DNA of 43,791 nucleotides from positions 1-43,791 of the forward strand of contig CAYGAJ010000002.1 of assembly GCA_964347815.1 (NCBI GenBank). Direction: 5' to 3'. The notes below the pieces were generated by a model, which had not been told where the DNA came from, did not search any database, and saw nothing but the letters and a program-made list of their open reading frames with translations. Positions 30,420 to 37,626 of this stretch are shown here, piece after piece. How positions within the stretch are numbered: position 1 is the first letter of the stretch; every line of letters starts with the position of its first letter. The position numbers were made by a program, and so were the translations under genes. The DNA comes from an uncultured Gemmatimonadota bacterium (GTDB lineage Bacteria; Gemmatimonadota; Gemmatimonadetes; Palauibacterales; KS3-K002).

Positions 30420-30698
30420 ATGATCCGTACACTCTTCAGGGTCGAGCGCGGCACGATCGTGCACTTCCTGAAGTGGGGTGCGGCGCTGGCGGCCTTCATC
30501 ATCGCGCTTTGGCTCGGGCTCACGGTGCTGCGACGTACCGGAGCCGCCGCTCCCCTCGGCGGCCCGATTCCAGAACGGCCGGCGGCTGGCGTCGGAGTGG
30601 CTGAAGTGGTGCAGCCGGCACCGGGCGAGGACTTGGCGGCGCAGCTGGCCGATGGGTTCGTCGTGGTCAGCGCCGCCGTCGGCATCCGAACCGTGTGA
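30420..30698 (+). CDS. Possible small single-pass membrane protein (92 aa)
   Basis: ATG 30420. One TM helix (WGAALAAFIIALWLGLTVL). It ends 5 nt before a strong shared hairpin. No family recognised. Confidence 0.35.
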   Translation: MIRTLFRVERGTIVHFLKWGAALAAFIIALWLGLTVLRRTGAAAPLGGPIPERPAAGVGVAEVVQPAPGEDLAAQLADGFVVVSAAVGIRTV

Positions 30699-30703
30699 CC
30701 CGA

Positions 30704-30725
30704 CCGCCTCGCGCCCGCGAGGCGG
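30704..30725. terminator. Shared hairpin between two convergent small ORFs
   Basis: CCGCCTCGCG-CC-CGCGAGGCGG, a 10-bp perfect inverted repeat that exactly fills the gap between the stops at 30698 (+) and 30726 (-). Confidence 0.5.
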
Positions 30726-30911
30726 CTAGTTGGAAACTTCGCTCTCCTCGGAGGGCTTTCCTTCGGCGGCCGGTTGGGCCTTGTCGCAATCCTCGCAGTC
30801 CGCACCCAGCTCTTCACAGGGCACGCCGTCGGCTTGGGACTCGGGACACGGGGGTCCGCCGCTCTCGAGGGTTGTCCTCGAATCTTCCTTACCGCTTCGT
30901 GCGCCCTTCAT
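30726..30911 (-). CDS. Possible small acidic Cys-rich protein (61 aa, CX9CX6CX2C)
   Basis: ATG 30911. Sequence MKGARSGKEDSRTTLESGGPPCPESQADGVPCEELGADCEDCDKAQPAAEGKPSEESEVSN. Third-position G+C is moderately high (~70% by my count). The SD-like GAGGGG sits only 2 nt from the ATG. No signal peptide and no family recognised. Confidence 0.3.
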   Translation of the reverse strand: MKGARSGKEDSRTTLESGGPPCPESQADGVPCEELGADCEDCDKAQPAAEGKPSEESEVSN

Positions 30912-31261
30912 GACCCCTCGCTCTCTGCTGTCCGGGACGCGCTTGGCTGCGCTTCACCCTCGGCAAGAAGCAGACCCGACCGGGTGATGCACAGGAGCCG
31001 TCACTCAAGATGGGCGCTGGGGGCCGCGACGCGCCACCCAAGCCGAGATTCCGGGCTCTCCCCGCGCCGCGAAGAGCGAGCGGTCAGGGGGAATACGCCG
31101 CTGCCGGAAGTTGGCGGTGGCGCTGCTGGATGGGACGGGACGCACCCGTCAGGGACAGGATATCCCGTGGGTGCCCGAGGACCGGCCGCTCGTGCGGCCT
31201 CCACGAGCCGTAACCTGTTGTACAGATGAGGGTTAGTCGAGTCGCTTCAAGGGGACCCGAT

Positions 31262-31277
31262 TGGCACAGATCGCGCA
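31262..31277 (+). promoter_or_regulatory. Sigma54-type -24/-12 promoter candidate upstream of the MarR gene
   Basis: TGGCACAGATCGCGCA, with GG and GC at the canonical spacing of TGGCAC-N5-TTGCA. It is intergenic, ~150 nt upstream of ATG 31429, and 14/16 identical to the element at 34085. Confidence 0.3.
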
Positions 31278-31339
31278 CCAGGGCAGGCCAGTGGCCTAAT
31301 GTCTTGGAAGCGGGTGGGCGGTCGTCGCGGGTGTTTATT

Positions 31340-31364
31340 AACCAGGTTCATTATCCGCCTGGTT
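31340..31364. promoter_or_regulatory. Inverted repeat, candidate MarR operator
   Basis: AACCAGG-N11-CCTGGTT lies in an AT-rich patch (GTGTTTATTAACCAGGTTCATTATCC) 65-90 nt upstream of the MarR start. GGTTCA also occurs twice as a direct repeat. Confidence 0.35.
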
Positions 31365-31428
31365 CAACAGAAGTAGGGCGCGCTCGCCGCTCTCTCGCCC
31401 GCTTCCGAGCGGACGAAAGAGGATCTTC

Positions 31429-32019
31429 ATGGCAGCGAACAGCCGCGTGCGGCACATCCAGGATGTCCTGGGCAGCGCGCACATCTTCGCTACCGCTGTC
31501 AACGACCTCATGCAGGAACGGTTGCTCGCCGTCACCGGTGAGCAGCTCACCTTCTCGCAGCTCAAGCTCCTCAAGCTGATCGACCAGACCGACTCCTACA
31601 ACATCAGCCAGGTCGCCGCCTTCCTGGGCGTAAGTAACGCCGCCGCCAGCAAAGCCGTCGACCGGCTGGTGCGGCGGGGGCTCTTGCGGCGCAGCGAGTC
31701 GGTGGGAGATCGGCGCGCGGTCGAGCTCTCGCTAACTGACGAGGGGCAGCGGCTGCTTGGGGAGTATGAGGTCGTGACATCGCGGACTCTGCAGGAGGTG
31801 TTCGGCGCATTCTCCACCGAAGGACTGCAGGAGGTCGCCGACCTGCTGGATCGGCTCTCGATCAGCCTGATCGATCGCGACGGTGCGGGCGAGGAGGTCT
31901 GCTTTCGTTGCGGAATCTATTTCCGCGACCGGTGCCTCCTCCGTTCGCGGGGCAGGGCGACGTGTCACTTCGATCTTCATCGGAAGGCCCGCCTGACGAA
32001 CGAGGCGCCACCGCGGTAG
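31429..32019 (+). CDS. MarR-family transcriptional regulator with a C-terminal 4-Cys extension
   Basis: Winged-HTH MarR core (LTFSQLKLLKLIDQ...ISQVAAFLGVSNAAASKAVDRLVRRGLLRRSESVGDRRAVELSLTDEG) followed by the tail CFRCGIYFRDRCLLRSRGRATCH (CX2CX7CX9C-H). Confidence 0.85.
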   Translation: MAANSRVRHIQDVLGSAHIFATAVNDLMQERLLAVTGEQLTFSQLKLLKLIDQTDSYNISQVAAFLGVSNAAASKAVDRLVRRGLLRRSESVGDRRAVELSLTDEGQRLLGEYEVVTSRTLQEVFGAFSTEGLQEVADLLDRLSISLIDRDGAGEEVCFRCGIYFRDRCLLRSRGRATCHFDLHRKARLTNEAPPR

Positions 32020-32048
32020 GGAACCCGCGGACAGGAGGTCACGAGAAC

Positions 32049-32165
32049 ATGTCGCCTGAGAACCGAAGCCGGGTCAGCGGGTCGGGAAAGGGCACGTTCC
32101 GGATCGGGGTCTACATCTATCATTGTGGGACGAATATCGCCGGCACGATCAACCGCTCGGTCTTT
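32049..32165 (+). pseudogene. Apparent remnant of an HdrA-like (heterodisulfide reductase subunit A family) N-terminus
   Basis: ATG 32049 is preceded by GGAGG. MSPENRSRVSGSGKGTFRIGVYIYHCGTNIAGTI closely matches the IGV[FY][IV]CHCGxNI[AG]G start I recall for HdrA-type proteins. The first Cys codon reads TAT, one transition from TGT. Similarity ends after ~38 codons, and the frame then runs antisense through the GltD-like gene to 32606. Confidence 0.35.
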
Positions 32166-32228
32166 CACCCGGCTTCGACGCGCAGCGTTGAATCACCCGC
32201 CCCGCAAAGTCGCCGGCGCTGCCGCTCG

Positions 32229-33677
32229 CTAGAATCGGAACCGCTGGTGGCGTCCGGTCAGGTAGGCATGCATCGCCTCGGCCGCGCGCCGGCCGTGCGC
32301 AACTGCCGTCACCACCAAGTCGGGCCCCGCCACGGCGTCGCCGCCCGCGAAGACGCCAGCCCGCGATGTGGCCCCGGTGTTCTCGTCCACGCAGACCCGA
32401 CCCCAGTCGTCGGTCTTCAACTCGCGTATCGTGCTCCCCAATCGCGGGTCGGGTTGATAGCCGAGCGCCAGGATGACGGTGTCGATCGGGAAAGTGAACT
32501 CGGAGCCCTCGATCGGTACGGGCCGGCGCCTTCCCGAATCGTCGGGCTCACCCAGCTTCATCCTCTGGCACTCGATGGCGCCCAACCGCCCATCCTCACC
32601 CGATAGGAAGCGGAGCGGTTGCGTCAGAAACTCGAATCGAGCCCCCTCCGCGCGAGCGAGGGCGCGGTCACGCTCGTTGCCCGGCATCTCAGCCTCGCTG
32701 CGCCGGTACACGCAGACCACCCGCTTCCCGCCCAGACGCAAGGCCGTGCGCACGCAGTCCATGGCGGTGTCACCGCCTCCGATGACGGCGACGTGTGCGC
32801 CGACCTGGACCGGCCGAGCCAGGTCCGGCGGTCGCAGCTCCTCCTCCACGTTGGCGCGGATCAGGAACGGCGTCGCCATGTGCACACCGGCGAGATCGCA
32901 GCCGGGGATCCGCGGGTCGACACCCACAGTCGCGCCCACACCGAGGAACACCGCGTCGAAGCCTTCCTGGAAGAGGTCGTCGACCGAGAGATCGGCGCCG
33001 ATCTCCGTGCTGTAGACGAATTCGACTCCTAGCCGCTCGCAGTAGTCGACGAGGTCGTCTACCACTTTGTGGTCCATCTTGAACTTCGGGATGCCGTACC
33101 GGAGGGTGCCGCCTCCCGCCGGCCAGGCGTCGAACACCGTTACCCCATGTCCCCGCTTCGCCAGGAGCTGAGACACCGTGAGGCCGGCCGGACCGGCGCC
33201 GACGACGGCGACGCGGTGGCCGCTGGGTGCGGCGGTGACGGTGTCCCGACCGCGATTCGCCGCCTGATAGTCGGCCACGAACGCTTCCAGCCGACCGATG
33301 GCGACGGGAGGCAAACCCTTCTTCACATAGATGCAGGCGCCCTCGCACTGGATCACCTGAGGGCAGACGCGACCGCACACCTCGGACATGGTGCTGGTCC
33401 GCCGGAAAACCACCGCCGCATCCTCGAATAGACCGTTCTCGATCTGCCAGAGCGCGAGCGGAACGTCATTGTGAAGGGGGCACGCCTTAGTGCAGGGGGC
33501 CGCGGGACATTGGATGCAACGCATCGCTTCGGTGATCGCCGCCTCCGCATCGTACCCGAGGTAGACCTCGCTGAAATTGTGGATGCGATCCTGGGGATTT
33601 TGCTTTGGGATGAGTTGATGGGGCAGCGCCATCCGGGCTTTCCGATCGATCTGCTTCGCATCTGGCCTCGTCAACAT
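32229..33677 (-). CDS. Glutamate-synthase small-subunit (GltD)-like NAD(P)H-dependent Fe-S flavoprotein
   Basis: N-terminal Cys clusters (CIQCPAAPCTKACP; CGRVCPQVIQCEGAC). Two dinucleotide folds (VAVVGAGPAGL; VAVIGGGDTAMDC). The GVFAGGD tail. ATG 33677 is preceded by GGAGG. No large-subunit (gltB) gene is adjacent. Confidence 0.85.
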   Translation of the reverse strand: MLTRPDAKQIDRKARMALPHQLIPKQNPQDRIHNFSEVYLGYDAEAAITEAMRCIQCPAAPCTKACPLHNDVPLALWQIENGLFEDAAVVFRRTSTMSEVCGRVCPQVIQCEGACIYVKKGLPPVAIGRLEAFVADYQAANRGRDTVTAAPSGHRVAVVGAGPAGLTVSQLLAKRGHGVTVFDAWPAGGGTLRYGIPKFKMDHKVVDDLVDYCERLGVEFVYSTEIGADLSVDDLFQEGFDAVFLGVGATVGVDPRIPGCDLAGVHMATPFLIRANVEEELRPPDLARPVQVGAHVAVIGGGDTAMDCVRTALRLGGKRVVCVYRRSEAEMPGNERDRALARAEGARFEFLTQPLRFLSGEDGRLGAIECQRMKLGEPDDSGRRRPVPIEGSEFTFPIDTVILALGYQPDPRLGSTIRELKTDDWGRVCVDENTGATSRAGVFAGGDAVAGPDLVVTAVAHGRRAAEAMHAYLTGRHQRFRF

Positions 33678-34084
33678 GAGGTCCTCCTTCAGCGCGTCGC
33701 TCGCGTGGAGAGGCGATCGAGAACCGCAAGGGCTCTGAAGGGATGGGTCGGCCAACCCGTCTCGGTGCCAGAAACCGGCCTGAGCGGAGAGGAGGTTACG
33801 GGGCGCCCGGGCGTCATGGGACCTCGCCCTGGTGAGTCAGGCTCCGAGGTGGGACCGTTGCACGAAGAAGTCTAGCGAGCAAAATTGCTAATTTGCTTTG
33901 CCATACGGGGGGGCAAGATTCAGACCAGCGTTCGCGGCTGGCGTGGTGCGCTCTTTCGGCTTCGTCACCGTCCGGGTCCGGGACGTTAAGTCACGCTTTG
34001 GGTAGAGTCCCACCCGGCCGAACCGTTCCTGCCTCAGTCGTCCCGGCTTTGTGCGGCCCTGGCGGCCATGTCAAAAGGGATTCT

Positions 34085-34100
34085 TGGCACAGAACTCGCA
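34085..34100 (+). promoter_or_regulatory. Sigma54-type -24/-12 promoter candidate upstream of the cytochrome c gene
   Basis: TGGCACAGAACTCGCA matches TGGCAC-N5-TTGCA with one mismatch, 48 nt upstream of ATG 34148. Confidence 0.35.
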
Positions 34101-34147
34101 AACTTTCGGACCTGGTGCCACTGTGCACAACGCGAGAGGGGGATGAG

Positions 34148-34630
34148 ATGCGCGAGAGAGCCGTAGCAGCGCTCGTTGCGCTGGCGCTTCCTTTGCTGGC
34201 CGCCTGCGGCGGAGGTGAGAGCGAGGAAGAGCGCCAGGCGCGGGAGCTTCAGGCGCGGAGAGATGCCGTGATGATGGCCGAGGCGCAGTACGACGCTGCC
34301 GTGTTCGACACGCTGACCTGGGCGAGCCCGGAGGCGCGTCTCGAGCGCGGGGGCGTGGTTTGGAGGGCCAGCTGCCAGAAGTGTCATGGCAGAAACGGTG
34401 ATGGGCGGGGAGAGATGGCCCAGCAATCGGAGCTAGCCGTCCCATCCTTCCTCGCCGCCGATTGGTCCTACGCCGGGGACCTGGCCGCAATTCGCCACCG
34501 TATCTACGTGGGATACGAGGGCGCGATGCCCAACTGGGGGCTTCACGGCCTGAAGTACCGGGATATCGATGCCGTCGCCGGCTACATCGTCGCGACGATG
34601 GCGCCGGCCCCCAAAGCCGCCCAGAACTAG
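34148..34630 (+). CDS. Cytochrome c family lipoprotein (mono-haem)
   Basis: ATG 34148 is preceded by GAGAGGGGGA. Signal peptide with lipobox LLAAC. Haem-binding motif CQKCHG and a distal Met candidate (YEGAMPNWG). Confidence 0.75.
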   Translation: MRERAVAALVALALPLLAACGGGESEEERQARELQARRDAVMMAEAQYDAAVFDTLTWASPEARLERGGVVWRASCQKCHGRNGDGRGEMAQQSELAVPSFLAADWSYAGDLAAIRHRIYVGYEGAMPNWGLHGLKYRDIDAVAGYIVATMAPAPKAAQN

Positions 34631-34729
34631 CCTCGAGCTGCGCCCGGGTCGGGTCGATCTACCCGACTGGATGCGAGATCCCCGGCGCTGCGAGTACCGG
34701 CGCCAGGGATCTTCTTTCAGCCGTGACCG

Positions 34730-36118
34730 TCAGCGTGCGTCGGCCAGCTCGCCGAGACGCGACGCGATGACCTCCGAGGGCAGCCACCGGCCCGCCACCA
34801 TCACACCTGCGAGCTTGCGAACGTTGTTGATGTTGGCCAGCGGGTCGGCGTCGAGCAGCAATAGGTCGGCTCGCTTGCCGATCGCGACGGTGCCGAACGA
34901 GTCCGCCCGGCCCAGGTGGACGGCGGGGTTCTGTGCTCCCGCCAGCAAAGCCTCGTAGGGGGTCAACCCCGCCTCGACCAGGGCGGTGAGTTCCTGAATC
35001 GTTGCGAAGCCCGGCACGTTGAACACTTGCGGCGCGTCGGCCCCCAGGAGGATCCCGGCGCCGGCGTCATGCAGGGCCTTGATCAGCCGGCGACGGATCT
35101 CGATGAAGCGCCGAGCGCGATCAGGGTCGTAGCCGAGACGCTGGCGCGCGCTCTCCGTGCCCGAGACCCATTGTGCCACGGTGTTGGCCGCGACGTAGCG
35201 CATCTCGGGGCGTCGACCCGTTTCCGCGGGGTCACCGAGGAAACGGTTCTCAAACAGAACATGGGTGGGTGTCACCCAGGCCTCGGCGCGTGCCGTGGCC
35301 GCGGCCAGCTCACTGATGCGCGACTCGTCGATGTGATCGAGCAGGTTGAATCCGAAGAAAGCGGAGGTCCGGGGATCGACAGGCGCGCCGGCGACGACCA
35401 TCGCTTCCAGGTATCCGTCGAGATGCTCGATAGTCGCCTGGCCCGCGGCCAGCGAGCGTTCTAGACCTACCTCGACCGGCACGTGGCCGGCGAAGGGGAT
35501 CCCCTCGGCCGCGGCGGTCGCCGCGATGGCGTCGTAGGTGTCGCGGGTGAGCCCGGGGTGGATCTTGAGCAGATCGTAACCCGCTGCCCGCTGCTCGGTC
35601 ACCAACCGCCGCGCCGTTTCGACGTCGGGCACCGATCTCCCGTTGAGCGACGGACCGGAGGTGAAGATCTGCGGACCGAGCCGTTCGCCGCGGGCCACCT
35701 CGGCTCGCAGCCGCAGGTGAGACTCGTGGCCGAGCATCCCGCGAACGGTCGTGATGCCGTTCGCCACGAACAAAAAGAGCACGCGATCCACGGCGGCGTC
35801 GTCGGCTTGAGGCGGCGCGGGGATATGGGCGTGCATCTCGGACAGCCCCGGGATCAGGTACTTGCCGGCGCCATCGATCCTGACGGCACCCGGTGGAATG
35901 TCGATGCGGGCCGCCGGGCCGATCTGGGTGATGCGCCGTCCCGCGACGACGACCGTTTGCCCCGACAGATAGCGGGGGCCCTCAAGCGGGATCACGGTGA
36001 CGTTCTCGAAGACCGTCGCCGGCGGCGCCGTCTCGGGCGCCTGAGCGAACAGCCCGGTCGGGAGCAGGGCCGAGATCGCGAGTGGGATGAGGGCTGGGAA
36101 AATCGAGCTTCGATTCAT
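34730..36118 (-). CDS. Amidohydrolase-family metallohydrolase, secreted
   Basis: Signal peptide (LLPTGLFAQA). The HxH metal motif (GLSEMHAHI) and the C-terminal GTVAIGKRADLLLLDADPL motif typical of the amidohydrolase superfamily. Confidence 0.85.
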   Translation of the reverse strand: MNRSSIFPALIPLAISALLPTGLFAQAPETAPPATVFENVTVIPLEGPRYLSGQTVVVAGRRITQIGPAARIDIPPGAVRIDGAGKYLIPGLSEMHAHIPAPPQADDAAVDRVLFLFVANGITTVRGMLGHESHLRLRAEVARGERLGPQIFTSGPSLNGRSVPDVETARRLVTEQRAAGYDLLKIHPGLTRDTYDAIAATAAAEGIPFAGHVPVEVGLERSLAAGQATIEHLDGYLEAMVVAGAPVDPRTSAFFGFNLLDHIDESRISELAAATARAEAWVTPTHVLFENRFLGDPAETGRRPEMRYVAANTVAQWVSGTESARQRLGYDPDRARRFIEIRRRLIKALHDAGAGILLGADAPQVFNVPGFATIQELTALVEAGLTPYEALLAGAQNPAVHLGRADSFGTVAIGKRADLLLLDADPLANINNVRKLAGVMVAGRWLPSEVIASRLGELADAR

Positions 36119-36224
36119 GGGCGCGCCTTTCGTCGTTGCGCGTTCGATCGCATGTGTGCGAGGTCGAAGGGCAGAATCACGCTCTCAAGCACGCCCGCCG
36201 GCGGGGCCACCCGCAAGCGCGGCG

Positions 36225-37445
36225 TCAATCACCGGCCAGCTCCATCGGCATCATGACCCCCGAGTCGACGGCGCGATGGACCGGGCAGCGGTGCGCGATC
36301 TCGAGTAGCCGCGCCCGCTGCTCGGCATCGAGCGGCCCCACAAGCTCGAGCTCGTGGCCGATCTCATGCTCCCGCGGCCGGCCCCCGGCACCGGCCGAGT
36401 GCTCGGCCGGTGGCAGTTTCCGGTGGCGCAACCGCACCTTGATCTCCTCCAGCGGCCACTGCTTGCGATCGGCGTACATCCGCAGCGTGATCGTGGTGCA
36501 GGCGCCCAGCGCGGCCATCAAGAGTTCGAACGGTGACGGTCCGGTGTCGGTGCCGCCCGCCGTCAGCGGCTCGTCGGCCACGATCGAATGGGTTCGAGCC
36601 AGGATCTCCGTATGGTATCGGGATTGTGCCGTGCGCACGATCACCCCGTCTTCGCGAGCCTCGCGATCGACCGCCAGCCGGCCGGCACCGAGATATCGTG
36701 ACGCCCAGGCGGCGATTACCGCGCCCACGTAATGCGAGTCTTCCTCTCGTGACAGAAGATGATCGGCGCCATTCAACTCGATGTAGGACTTGGGGTGATC
36801 CGCCGTTTCGTGTATTCGGGCGGCGTTCTCGACCCCGACGATCGCGTCGCTCGGAGAGTGGAAGATGAGCAGCGCACGGCCCAGCGTGCGGATCACCTCG
36901 GCCATGTTCTGGGCGTTGAGGTCGTCGAGAAACTTCTTGGTGATGGTGAACGGCCGGCCGGCCAACAGCACCTCCGCCGCTCCTCGGTTCTCGATGTCTT
37001 CGATCGAGCTCTTCAGGTGCTTCTCGACATGACGAGGCTCTGCTGGGGCCGCGATCGTCACGACCGCCTTGCACTCCGGGATCTCGTGCGCCGCCTGAAG
37101 CACCGCCGCGCCGCCCAACGAATGGCCGATCAAGATCGAAGGCGCCCGGTATTCCCGCTCGAGGTAGCGGGCGGCCGCCACCAGGTCGCCGACGTTCGAA
37201 GAAAACGTCGTCTCCGCGAAGTCGCCCTCGCTCTCGCCCAGGCCCGTAAAATCGAAGCGCAGCACGCCGACGCGCTCCTGGCTCAAGGCTCGACTGATGT
37301 TGACGACCGCCTTGTACTGCTTGGTGCAGGTGAAACAATGCGCGAAAAGGGCGAAGGCAACGGGCTGCTCGCCGACCGGGAGCTCCAGCCGTGCCGAGAG
37401 CTGCGCTCCGGTCGCGCCCTTGAATGTCAGTCGCTGTGTTTGCAT
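36225..37445 (-). CDS. Bifunctional alpha/beta hydrolase / OsmC-family protein
   Basis: N-terminal alpha/beta hydrolase with nucleophile elbow GHSLGG. C-terminal OsmC/Ohr-like domain (GPSPFELLMAALGACTTITLRMYA ... RCPVHRA). Confidence 0.85.
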   Translation of the reverse strand: MQTQRLTFKGATGAQLSARLELPVGEQPVAFALFAHCFTCTKQYKAVVNISRALSQERVGVLRFDFTGLGESEGDFAETTFSSNVGDLVAAARYLEREYRAPSILIGHSLGGAAVLQAAHEIPECKAVVTIAAPAEPRHVEKHLKSSIEDIENRGAAEVLLAGRPFTITKKFLDDLNAQNMAEVIRTLGRALLIFHSPSDAIVGVENAARIHETADHPKSYIELNGADHLLSREEDSHYVGAVIAAWASRYLGAGRLAVDREAREDGVIVRTAQSRYHTEILARTHSIVADEPLTAGGTDTGPSPFELLMAALGACTTITLRMYADRKQWPLEEIKVRLRHRKLPPAEHSAGAGGRPREHEIGHELELVGPLDAEQRARLLEIAHRCPVHRAVDSGVMMPMELAGD

Positions 37446-37626
37446 TCTGGCGTCCTGATCTCACTTTAGGTGCTCTGAGAAACGTGATCGACACTTGCAC
37501 CGTAGTCTACCAGCGCAGCTCAGCCATCACTAGGGGGCGGCGGCACGGTCCATCACCGCTGACGTTGCCGCCGGCCGCGTCGCGCGGACTCGCAAACCGC
37601 GCGCTGTGCTCAGAGGGGTTCGAGTC

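Noticed and set aside
31289-31295. GCCACTG (minus strand), reminiscent of a conserved cobalamin-riboswitch element, inside the 517-nt gap.
   Set aside because: The surrounding sequence lacks the other conserved elements on either strand: GGGAA...GGTG.AA.TCC and the B12 box AGYCMGGAGACCKGCC-like string. A 7-mer alone is not meaningful.
34068-34166. 32-codon ORF (MSKGILGTELANFRTWCHCAQRERG...) just upstream of the cytochrome c start.
   Set aside because: It has no SD, overlaps the sigma54-like element and the real SD/ATG out of frame, and has no recognisable motif.
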